From assembly GCA_963803975.1 (NCBI GenBank), contig CAWDOY010000036.1:12161-76160 (forward strand): a DNA stretch of 64,000 nt. Reading direction: 5' to 3'. Made by a program: the position numbers and the translations under genes. Numbering within the stretch: position 1 is the first letter of the stretch; every line of letters starts with the position of its first letter. This stretch comes from an uncultured delta proteobacterium (lineage in GTDB: Bacteria; Desulfobacterota; WTBG01; CAIYCZ01). The notes below the pieces were generated by a model that worked only from the letters and a program-made list of their open reading frames with translations, had not been told where the DNA came from and searched no databases. This document shows positions 22,040 through 32,267 of this stretch, piece by piece.

Positions 22040-23129
22040 TTATTTCGCGTCTTCCATCTTCCTGCCGTCCGCCCAAAGGAGCTTTTCCGCTTTTGCTACA
22101 TCCTCTTCTGCACCCTTTCTGACTTCAGGCTTGTCATAGCTGCGGAACGAGATGTGAACATGGCCCGGGTCGTCAGGCATCGTGGCCGGTACGATGTGCA
22201 GCGTCAGTTCCTTCCCGCCGTAGTTCTTTACTGCATGATAGTAGATGTTAAAGAAGGTCCGGCGCTGCTCCTTCAGCGTCAGGCCGTTTTCCTTGGCCCA
22301 CTGCTGCAGCAGCTTCTCTGCGGTCTCGAGATCGCCCCGAATACGTGAGCGGGTGAACAGTATCCGGTCAGTGCTTTTGTGCTCGGTATAGTGGCGGGGC
22401 TTGTATTTAAGCTTGCTCGGATCGGTAAGGGATGCCGGCTGCAGCGAGGTCCAGTACCCGCGATATTTTGCCAGATCAGTGCGCGCCGGCAGGTTCAGCA
22501 TCTTCTGCCGCACCTCGTTGCCAAATACCTCAACCCGCTCCGGCACCAGCGATTCCCAGATATCAAGACCACTCCAGGCCGCTCCTTCCTTGGCCAGCTT
22601 TTCCAGCAGCCAGATCTGAAACGCGTCAAATCCCTGCAGCGCTGGCATGATCTGGCGTCCGCCGAACCCGCCGATGACAACCGGCTTCACGTTGGGGAAT
22701 TTCTCCTGGATCTCAACCAGATAGTTGCGGCCGCCGATAAGGTGCGGCGTACCCCCCGGCACTTTCAGCACCATGGTCTCGTCCCAGTCTCCCTGGAGAA
22801 GGAAATACGCCACCTTTTTTTGGGCAAGCTCATTCTGATAAACCTCAACAAATTTGTAGACCCGCGGCGACGGTTTTTCATTCTCTGGAATAGCTGCCGA
22901 TGATCACATAGTCATAGGGCTTTACCGTTATTACCTGGTCAAGCTTTTTTACATCAAGCTGCTGCTGATCATCTCCGATGATGGCCCTGAGCCAGTAGGC
23001 CACTTCAGGGGTTGAGCCATAGATTGAATCATACACCAGAAGCCCCTTGAGCGGAGCAGCACTGGCCAGTGCCGGCAGCATCAGAAGCATTAGTACGGCG
23101 ACTCCAATCAGATTTATTCTTCGCTTCAT
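22040..23129 (-). CDS. Signal-peptide-bearing flavodoxin-domain (Flavodoxin_5/HemG-like) protein with C-terminal extension (frameshift near 22880)
   Basis: Signal peptide ending ASA-A; LVYDSIYGSTPEVAYWL FMN-binding loop; YDYVIIGS; KKVAYF; GGFGGR. Confidence 0.75.
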
Positions 23130-23190
23130 AACATCCTCCTTGAAAATGAACACAGGTTTAAAGATTTAAAATCCTATATACCGCAAAATA

Positions 23191-23224
23191 TAGAGGACAC
23201 AAAGGATTTTCTTTGTGTCCTCTA
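23191..23224. terminator. Perfect 14-bp stem hairpin downstream of the flavoprotein gene
   Basis: TAGAGGACACAAAG-GATTTT-CTTTGTGTCCTCTA. Confidence 0.6.
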
Positions 23225-23234
23225 CGGCGATCTT

Positions 23235-24599
23235 TTATATGGTGAAGCTGCAGTCGTAGCCGGCGCGGATGGTGTTTTTCAGCATCACCTTGGTGGGCAG
23301 GGTGGCAAAGCCTTCAAGCTTTTTCAGCAGCTCCGGCCGCTCAGCCTGAATGGCCGGGATGACTTTCGCCATGGCGCTGCCCATGTGCTTCGGCACTTCA
23401 TAGGGGTCAAGCAGGGTGGGCAGGGTTTCCTTGATTTTGCTGAATATATAATCAATCTCGCTGTCAGTGCACAGAATAGGCATGGCAAGGTTCTTGAGGA
23501 AGACCGTATAGTCAAGGGTATCCAGATGATAGGTCTTCCACCAGTCGAGATACGGCCGTATGCCCTCCTCATTGCGGAGCCCTTCCTGGAGAGCGTAGCT
23601 CACGGTATTCCCGGCCTTCCAGCCGCACATCACCGCGCCGCTCATCTCTGCTTCCTGGCACCAGCCTGCATCGCCGGCAAAGATAACATTATCCTTGAAC
23701 GGATGTACGATGGGGCCGTACATGTTGCCGCACACGCCGAGCTTGCGGATTTTTTTTGCCTTCTTGAACCAGGGGGCAAACCGGCTTTTGCTGATGAAAT
23801 GTTCACAGAGCGCTTCATGATCGTTGGGCGGATTGGTATCAGATACCATTACCAGCCAGAGGTCCTCACCATTGTGCTTCCAGGCCCTGGGGATGATGAA
23901 GCCGAGCATGGGGGGATCACCGCTCTGGACCAGAGGCTGAATCAGCGCATAGGGACTGGGGAGATCCAGATCAGTCATCTCGTAGGCCCATGAGGCACAC
24001 GTGCCGTAGAAGCCGCGGTTCTTGTTCATGCCCAGAAGCCGTGCGGTCCGAGAGACGCGACCGTCTGCTGCTATGACAAAAGGGGCTTTAATGCTCAGGC
24101 CTTCTGCGGTATACACCCATACCCAGTCGCCGGTTTTGCGCACATCCACCACATTGGCGCTGGTGAAAATTTTCACGCCCAGCCTCTGGCACTCTTCAAC
24201 CATGCTGCGTAGAAAATAGCCCTTGTCATAAACCGCTGTGGCTCTTCCGGCTTTTCCCTTCTCGACGTTGGTCGAATAGTCTCCGAACTTGATTTTTTCT
24301 CCTCCGGGAGAGAATATCTCCCAGGAATAGAAGTCTTTGGCCGGGCCGTCATATTTTACGCTGAAGCCGTGATGGGGGAATGAGAAGAGCTTCTGCTCCT
24401 CATTGTATATAAGCCGCTCGCCCATATAATTTCCCGACAGCGTCACCAGCATCATGCCGCACATGCGCAGCACGTCATGAATAACCTCCTTGCGCTCCAG
24501 CAGCGCGACAGAAAGGCCGTTTTCTGCGGCAAATTTCGCGGCAGTAAGCCCTGCCGGGCGGGCACCTATTACGATGAGATCATATCCGCTTTTCACCAT
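23235..24599 (-). CDS. FAD-dependent oxidoreductase, geranylgeranyl-reductase/FixC-like
   Basis: YDLIVIGA.PAGLTAA, LLER, VIAADG..S, NVIFAGDAG. Confidence 0.85.
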   Translation of the reverse strand: MVKSGYDLIVIGARPAGLTAAKFAAENGLSVALLERKEVIHDVLRMCGMMLVTLSGNYMGERLIYNEEQKLFSFPHHGFSVKYDGPAKDFYSWEIFSPGGEKIKFGDYSTNVEKGKAGRATAVYDKGYFLRSMVEECQRLGVKIFTSANVVDVRKTGDWVWVYTAEGLSIKAPFVIAADGRVSRTARLLGMNKNRGFYGTCASWAYEMTDLDLPSPYALIQPLVQSGDPPMLGFIIPRAWKHNGEDLWLVMVSDTNPPNDHEALCEHFISKSRFAPWFKKAKKIRKLGVCGNMYGPIVHPFKDNVIFAGDAGWCQEAEMSGAVMCGWKAGNTVSYALQEGLRNEEGIRPYLDWWKTYHLDTLDYTVFLKNLAMPILCTDSEIDYIFSKIKETLPTLLDPYEVPKHMGSAMAKVIPAIQAERPELLKKLEGFATLPTKVMLKNTIRAGYDCSFTI

Positions 24600-24638
24600 T
24601 TATCCTCCTGCTGTTAATAATTTTATACTTACGTGTTA

Positions 24639-25292
24639 TCAGTCCCCGCCGGTCTGGCCGGTACCCGGTGGCTTGACGGCAGAGCCGTCATTTTTCAACA
24701 ATAAACCTTCAAGGCATAGATTGAGGCGCTCATAGAGATCATCAGAAGATAGTTTGCTGAGCCGTTTCGCCACGCAGTCAATGACAAACAGGTTGAAGAT
24801 GCCCTCAAGCAAGGTGGCAAGCCTCATGGCCGGGACATCCCTGGTACTTGGCCCTGTTCCTGCCCCTGCTCCAGAAGACGTTCCAGAAACGTGCGGAATT
24901 CCTCGAAAAAGATCCGGTCATACGTCTGATTGAGAGAAGCGACATTATTAATAAGCAGCGCTCTGCTGATATTTTCATTTTTAGCGGCAAGCTGGGCGGT
25001 GGAGTGGAAAATGTCATGGATTTTTATTTTTATGGAAGCAGAAGAATTAAGAATTGTCATGCCACCTTTTCTTGAGGGTGGGCAGCTTTTTATGGAACAT
25101 CTCCGGGATAATATCTTCTTTGCGCGGGAAATAATTAAAGAAGGTGCTCTGGGCAATATTGATACGCCTGGTGATGTCCTCAACCGCGGTATTCTCAAAG
25201 CCCTTTTCAGCAAAAAGCTTCTGTGCGGTCTTTAAAATGGCATCGCGCGTGGTTTTCTTTTTTTGTTCTCTCAGTTGTGATATTTTCTTCAC
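24639..25292 (-). CDS. TetR/AcrR-family regulator (frameshifted)
   Basis: REQKKKTTRDAILKTAQKLFAEKGFENT.VEDI....NIAQSTFFNYFPRKEDI; the C-terminal part lies in other frames. Confidence 0.9.
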
Positions 25293-25623
25293 CGGATATC
25301 TCGATGCAGCATAACCATGATATATAAATTATTATCTGGAACTCAAGAAATCAGGAAATTATTGTTTTTGCCTTTGTGAGTTCCTGCCTGCGATGAGCTC
25401 AGTCGAATCGACTGCCAATTCAATCTTCTTTGTTTTTCTTAGTATTTGCGGTTACCATTGGGTCCGGCTTATCCGGGTTAGGGATTCCCCTATAGATTAA
25501 ACAGGGATACCCTGACTTGACAGTATGGTGATGCACCTGATACTTAACAGAGTATAACTATTGTATTGGCTATGGTGCCTGGTACTGGTATAGTTTAAAT
25601 TAGTTAGCGCGCACAAAATTATC

Positions 25624-25675
25624 TTGACATAAATGAGTAAACTCATTAATAATGCAAATAACAAACATATGTCAA
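25624..25675. promoter_or_regulatory. Sigma-70-type promoter region containing palindromic operator AATGAG-TAAA-CTCATT
   Basis: TTGACA at 25624, palindrome at 25632-25647, AT-rich -10-like TAATAAT, opposing TTGACA (TGTCAA at 25670). Confidence 0.65.
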
Positions 25676-26239
25676 GTTAATTTTTCCTCTTGCGCTGCGT
25701 TAAAAACGCGCTAAACACGCTGTCCCAAAGGCCCGTCCCCAAAGAGCCTGTTGCCAGGCAGCAGAAAATTCAAACGCATCTTAGGCAGGGAAACTATACC
25801 CTATGTTACTGATAGGGACTTTGAAACTGCAGAACGAAATCAGTGCCCACGCTCCTGGTACCGGACTATCCGCATCACCCGGCACGGAAAGGCGAGACCT
25901 TCCCCCGCTCATACATAAAGCTACGCACAGCACCTCTCTATCTATTGCCCCGGTTACGCAGCACTGCACAATGCCCCCAGCGCCCGCACCACGCGGCACT
26001 TTACCCGGCTCAAAAAAAACAGTAATTGACAAAATATACTCTGCGTGTAAAAATTTGGCAATTTTTCGAACAGCTTGCCGAACTACCTGCATAGTCTGCC
26101 CGGAACACCTGGTAAACAACAGGAGATGCAATACTATGATGAGTTGCTCGTACTACTGTAATTCCGCGTAAATGAAAGACGCGTGGGAAATATAATCTAC
26201 GGTAAGAGGATGACCATAAAAACATTAAGGGGTGAAGAC

Positions 26240-27326
26240 ATGAGAAAATCATTTTACGTCTGTGTGGCAATAACAGCACTAATACTGGCTGCTGGTTTCG
26301 GGACCGGCTGTAAAACCGGAGATAAAATTCAGGCACCGAGGATACCATCGATCCTCCGGAAAATGTGACGGCGATTATGGCCCCGGATGAAAACAACCTG
26401 TGGCTAATAGGGAATTACGGCATAATTTTCCAGTTCAAGTGACGGCGGTAAAAACTGGGCAAGTCAGGATTCAGGGATAAAAACTCTTCTCACTGATGGT
26501 ATGTTTCTTGACAATAAAAATGGCTGGGTGGTGGGCATTGATGGCGGTATAATACATACCGGGGACGGCGGCACTACCTGGGTAAAACAGAATTCAGGCA
26601 CAACCAAACATCTCATGAACATCACCTTTACTGATAAAGACTATCGATGGGCAGTGGGAGAATTTTCAACCGTTGTTCATACCGCTGATGGCGGTAAAAC
26701 CGGGCTCCCCAGCAGCCTGAGGCTGATAAAATTTATAACGATGTCTGTTTCTTTGACCGGCAGAATGGATTTATTGTCGGAGAATCCGGTGTTATGTTCC
26801 GTACCATTGATGGGGGTGCTCATTGGGTTCCGATTATGCCCAAAGCCTTTGAACGCAAAGATTTGGAAGACGAATATGAACGGCCCCGGCCGTCGCTTTT
26901 CTGTATAATCTTTAAAGATAAAGTAAACGGATGGGCGTGCGGCAACTTTGGAGCGATACTGCGCACCACGGATGGAGGAATTTCCTGGGATGTGCTTCCC
27001 AGTCCAAGCCTTTTGGCTCTCTACACGATATGCATAAAGGATGGGAAAGGATGGTGCGTGGAGATAAGGGGACCTACATGACATCACAGGACGGCGGCTT
27101 GACCTGGAAAAACGAAGAGGAAACCATCAAAACAAAAATGTGGTTTCGCGATGTTGTTTTTACGACCCCTGATAAAGGCTGGATTGCAGGAGCGGGCGGT
27201 ACCGTAATCAGTACAATGGATGGAGGGAAAACATGGGAATTTCACTCCGGCCTGTCTTATGACACCAAAGCCTTTAAATTCTTTGATGACATACTGGCTA
27301 AGTTTGAAAAAATGATGTCGGAATAA
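26240..27326 (+). CDS. YCF48/BNR-repeat lipoprotein, copy B (frameshifted)
   Basis: Lipobox GTGC; GWVVG..GGIIHTGDGGTTW-type repeats across several frames. Confidence 0.88.
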
Positions 27327-27345
27327 TTGAGATAATTAATAATAA

Positions 27346-27406
27346 GGATTGCGTCGTCGTTTCACTCCTCGCAATGACAGCAGGGGACTTTTTACGACTT
27401 TGTCAA
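27346..27406. repeat. REP-like palindromic element (GATTGC...GCAATGAC family)
   Basis: GGATTGCGTCGTCGTTTCACTCCTCGCAATGACA; related copies near 39671 and 48147. Confidence 0.6.
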
Positions 27407-27466
27407 GATTGGTCAAGAAAGCGTCTCTGATATTTGTCAAAGAAATTCAGAAAGGAAGATAATAAC

Positions 27467-29854
27467 ATGGGTAAAATAGAAACATTCATGGAGCGCGTTG
27501 CGAATCATGTCATAGAGAAGCGCAACATCTACCTTATCCTCGCCATCATCATCGCCGTCTTTTGGGCTGGCAGTGCCGGAAGCTGTCGGTTAGACCATAT
27601 TTGCCGACCTGCTGCCGCAGCAGCACCCGGTACATAAAGCTGCATAATGAGATCCGCAACAAGTTCGGCGGTGCCAACCAGGTGCTTATCATGGTGGGGG
27701 TAAAAGCTACCGGCAAATACAAGGATGTATTTAATACCGAAACGCTGAAGAAAGTAAAATCCATAACAAATGATCTCCTGCTGTTTCATGCTGTTGACCG
27801 CTTTAAGATATTCTCTCTGGCAAGCTCGAAAGTTAAAGATTTCAAAGCCACTCCTCAGGGATATGTATTTCTGTGGGGTGATGTATCCAGAAGTTCCCAC
27901 CACAGAAGAAGGTCTCAAAAAACTGAAGCTCACGGTCTATGGCAGTCCCGTCTGCTACCCGGGGTTAGTGTCTCTTGACAGCGCCAAGACGTTAGTCCAG
28001 GTTGACTTTTTTGAAGGGCAGATGGATTACAAAATCACCTACAAAGAGCTGATGGATTTGCGGAAGAATATGAAGATGATAATCACTTTGTTGCCATAGC
28101 CGGCAATCCCATGCACATCGGCTACATTGAAAGCTATGTGCCGCAGGCATTGAAGATTTTTGTCTACACCATTATCGCCATGCTGGTGATGTTTTTTGTG
28201 TTTTCCCGCACCAGGCGCGGTATGGTGATGCCGGTTTTTGCAGCGCTGATCAGCGCGGTGTGGGGCCTGGGGTTTCTTGCCATGCTCAACTTCAACCTTG
28301 ACCCGCTGGTGCTGGTGTTCCCGTTTCTGATCGGGGCGATGGCTGCATCGCACTCGGTGCAGGTGGTGAAGCGCTACCGGGAAGAGTCCATAACCCTTGG
28401 CAATGGCAAGGCAGCCTGCAAGAAAGTTATTCCAGCCTGTTCGTCCCGGGCATTGCAGGAATTATAACCGATGCCTCGGGCATTTTGATTATCGCCATTA
28501 CGCCGATCGATCTCCTGTATAAGATAACCATATCCTGCGCGTTCTGGGCCTTCGGCACAATCTTTATCGCGTTTTTTCTGCTGCCCATCATCTTTTCCTA
28601 TTTTCCAGTGCAGACAACACCGGAAAAGGAGGGGTTCCTGGACAGGATGCTGCATGGCATCGGTCATTTTATCTGCAGGAAGGGAAAAATCCCCATTCTG
28701 GTCATTGTATTGATTGTCTCCATCTGGGGCTACTTCCAGCAGCTGAAGCTCCGGTAGGGAATGTGGTGCCGGGGTCTGAGATCCTGTGGCCGTTTTCGCG
28801 CTTCAGCGGGGATCGTTACGGCTTATCTTTAATATGCCGCTTTTGAACCCCATGTACATAGTGTGCGAGGCTCAAACCCTATGCTCAGCGCCACCCGGCA
28901 CTTGTACGTGAAATAATAAAATTCGGGCGCTATATGTCACGCACTCCCAATCAGCGGGTTGTGTTCGTGGGAAGCCTCAACGGACCGATCCCGAATTTTA
29001 ACCGGGCAATAAGAGATACTGACCCCAAATGGATATTTCCTGCCACCGTTCATGATCAGCTCAAAATGTTATGGCAGGTTGTCTATTCTACCGGATCTCC
29101 CGGGGACTGGGATAAGTGTACTAGCGCGGATTCAAAAGACGCTAATATAGTTTTGTTCCTGCGTGACAAGACAGCTGACAGCCTGAGAGAAGTTATTGAC
29201 CGGGTGAATAAATTTGTTAAAGAGGAATCTCTGGCCGGCACACCGATAAAAGCGAAGCTCAATACTGACGAGGAGATAACCTTCACCTTCAAGTACCGGC
29301 TGGCCGGCGGCACCGCGGGTGTTCAGGCAGGTATCAATGAGACGCTGGTGAAATACAATGGCATGACGACCATCATTGCCTATATCATGTGCTTTTGCTT
29401 TGTTGCGTTCTTCTTCCAGTCCTTTATGGCAGCGATCTTTATTACTCTGCCGCTTCTGACCTCGACCTTTCTGACCCAGGCGTTCATGACCCTTATGAAC
29501 CCGCCGATACCCCTGACCACGGCCACGCTGCCCATAGCATCGGTAGGCATGGGGCTTGGTGTTGACTATTCGATCTATATTGTCGGCCGCATTATTGAGG
29601 AATACCGGGATAACAAACGTGACCTGTATGACGCGATTGCAGTATCGCTGGGAACGTCCGGGAAAGCGGTTCTGTATGTCGCCTTAACCCTTATCTGCGG
29701 TCTTGGGTTCTGGGCAATCTCCAAGCTGATGTTCCAGGCTTTGATGGGGCTGCTGCTGGCAATCGTGCTGGTAATTAACATGATAGGAGCGATTTTTGTC
29801 GTACCCAGTTTTATCGCGCTGTTTAAACCAAAATTTATAACTTCTAAACGATAG
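27467..29854 (+). CDS. MMPL/RND-family transporter, copy B (frameshifted)
   Basis: KFGGANQV, LDPLVLVFPFLI, YRLAGGTAG, GMGLGVDYSIY, FKPKFI. Confidence 0.9.
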
Positions 29855-29897
29855 CAAGCTCTGTGCGCTACCATCCTTATTAATATGCGTGAGGGTT

Positions 29898-29920
29898 GTA
29901 GCCGCAGCCTTCAGGCTGCG
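29898..29920. repeat. GTAG-type REP hairpin
   Basis: GTAG-C-CGCAGCCT-TC-AGGCTGCG. Confidence 0.5.
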
Positions 29921-29965
29921 TAATGCATTCCTGAAAAATATGTAAAACAAAAGAAGGAGGGCATT

Positions 29966-30437
29966 GATGATGAAAGCAATGAGAAAAATCTGGTTAGCGA
30001 TCGTAATATGTCTGTGTTTTGGTTTAGCAGCATCGGTTGATAGTGCCGTTAGTCAGGCAGAAAAGAGCGACAAAATACAGCCTGAGAAGAAAGTAGAAGG
30101 GGCGCAGATTATTTACATGGGTGCCCAGGGGAAAATAAATCCGTCAATGGCTACCGTCAAACCAGGAACCACCGTTATATGGGTTAATCAGGCTGACAGC
30201 CCGGTGGAAATTCAGTTTGAGGGTAAACAGGTTACCATGGCCTGCCAGAACCCGGTCCATTTTGTCGTTGATGATAAGGGATCTTTTATCTCCAACAATA
30301 TTCCCATGGGAGCAGTGGCAAGTCTCTGTTTTATTGAGAAGGGGGATTTTAACTATATCGTGAGAAGGGCACTCAAACCCAGCCAATCCTATAAGTCAAC
30401 GCCCAAGGAGTTCAAGGGGAAGGTTATTGTGGAGTAA
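29966..30437 (+). CDS. Secreted cupredoxin-fold-like protein lacking type-1 copper ligands
   Basis: Signal peptide; P...TVKPGTTVIWVN, F...GDFNY, KGKVIVE; exact start uncertain among adjacent TTG/ATG codons. Confidence 0.7.
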
Positions 30438-30623
30438 TTAGTGAAGGAAAACTAATAAATATAACTAGAAAGATTTAAAAATATTTTAGTTGCAAAAACA
30501 ATTTGACTGGTATAAGTAAATTTAAAACAGCATTTAGTCAGACACACTACTACAGACTATTAGTCAGGGGTAAAGCACCGGGGAACGTGCTCATTAAAAA
30601 ATAATTTTAAAAGGGAGGGCTTG

Positions 30624-32198
30624 ATGAAACGCAAAATTCTATTCCTAACAGCTATCATTCTGGCATTTATAGTAAGCGCTACAGGGTTACGGCAGGCTCT
30701 GGCTGAGGTGCGTTTTTTAGACGACAAGATTATTGTCAATGGAACCATTAAGCAGACCATGTACTATCGCACCCAGATGAACAGTGTTGAGTACAAACAG
30801 TACCACAAGACCCGTATGGACTACAACCGTTTCAGCGCCCTTATAGAAGGGCTGTTCAAGATCAAGGATTGCCCTGAGGAGCAGATAAGTTTTTTCGGCG
30901 GCTTTAAATACTGGTATGAACTGGCGCCGGTGTATGATTCAAAAATGCGCAATGGCATCAGCCCCGCAGTCCCTGAGATGGACAGGAACTGGTACTCCCG
31001 GTCGCAGGACCGCGACTTGATTTCAGAGGCCTATATAGACTATATTCGCGGGCCGTGGAATATCAGGTTAGGGCAGCAGATCGTGGTCTGGGGCGAGACC
31101 GATATCAAGAGGACCGTTGACATTGTTAACCCGATTGACGTCAGGCTTGGCTCTCCGGGCGTGGATGCCTGGGAAGAAATAAAGCTGGGAATTTTTATGC
31201 TGCGCGGCACCTACCAGAGCCAGCTTCCCGGCAACCTGCTGTTTGAACTGCTCTATATTCCCGGTGATTTCAGGCCGGCGCGGCTGCCGGTGGACGGAAC
31301 CCATTACGGCCCGAATCCCGTGGTAACAAAAGACGGTTTTTATCCCTACCTGCCCTATGGCGTTACAGCCTGGCAGTTTCATAAAGCGCGAATGGATGCG
31401 CCGGGCTGGAACCTGAAAAATTATGAATACGGAATGCGCGTCCGTGGTTTCACCTGGAACATTGACTGGACATTTCTTTATTATAACGGGCTGTATGACG
31501 CGCCGATGGCAATAGCTGATACACTGATCCCCTCTTTCACATCAGATTATATTCTCAAGGGTGTAGTAGGCTCCATCACCAAAAAGCCGCAGAAACCCAC
31601 ATTCCCGGATGAAAAATGTTTTATGTACCCGCGATACAGCATGATCGGCGGCACCGCCCAGACCGTTGTGCCCGCACTGCATGATTCGGTGTGGCGTTTG
31701 GAATGGTTTTATAACCACAATGAGCCTTACAATCGCGGGACTAACGCTAACAGCGCCGATATATATGACATGGTAAAGCGTGACTGCCTTGGCATGGGCC
31801 TCAACTATGGTGATAAATTCACCATGCCCTGGACACACAAGTACTGTCAGGATAAAATGATGGATGTGAGCCTCACGTTCTTTTACGAGAGGGTGTTGAA
31901 CTGGGATGATGATATTATCATTGCCGAGAGCGGCCGGGGGCACCGCCGCGGCGCAGCCCACTCTTCAGAGGTCGCCTGGAACGTGCAGCAGTTCTTCTTT
32001 AACCAGCAGTTCATGGTCATGTTCACCGGAAGCTACAACCCCATTGGAAAATATTTCTTATGCCCGATTTTTTCCTATGCTCCGGGAAACCACTGGCGCA
32101 CGGAGCTTGGTTTCCCCACCTACGGATCCCGAACACCGTCTAACAAGGGTCTGCATGATAAAGACAGCGTGCTGTTCCGTGTGCGTTACGAGTTTTAA
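30624..32198 (+). CDS. DUF1302-like outer-membrane beta-barrel, copy B (intact)
   Basis: Signal peptide; SEAYIDY, RLGQQIVVWGE, DIVNPIDVR; C-terminal VRYEF. Confidence 0.88.
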   Translation: MKRKILFLTAIILAFIVSATGLRQALAEVRFLDDKIIVNGTIKQTMYYRTQMNSVEYKQYHKTRMDYNRFSALIEGLFKIKDCPEEQISFFGGFKYWYELAPVYDSKMRNGISPAVPEMDRNWYSRSQDRDLISEAYIDYIRGPWNIRLGQQIVVWGETDIKRTVDIVNPIDVRLGSPGVDAWEEIKLGIFMLRGTYQSQLPGNLLFELLYIPGDFRPARLPVDGTHYGPNPVVTKDGFYPYLPYGVTAWQFHKARMDAPGWNLKNYEYGMRVRGFTWNIDWTFLYYNGLYDAPMAIADTLIPSFTSDYILKGVVGSITKKPQKPTFPDEKCFMYPRYSMIGGTAQTVVPALHDSVWRLEWFYNHNEPYNRGTNANSADIYDMVKRDCLGMGLNYGDKFTMPWTHKYCQDKMMDVSLTFFYERVLNWDDDIIIAESGRGHRRGAAHSSEVAWNVQQFFFNQQFMVMFTGSYNPIGKYFLCPIFSYAPGNHWRTELGFPTYGSRTPSNKGLHDKDSVLFRVRYEF

Positions 32199-32267
32199 GA
32201 GCTGACAGCTCTTAAAAGTAAATATTTAATAAATTTTTTGCAAACAATAAAGTGAAGGAGGTTATAC

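Noticed and set aside
24550..24570. Inactivated FAD motif (GARPAG instead of GAGPAG)
   Set aside because: A single substitution in an error-prone assembly cannot be interpreted without reads
25781..26171. ORFs 25803-26171 (+) and 25781-26131 (-)
   Set aside because: No clear RBS, atypical composition, and overlap with promoter-like sequence
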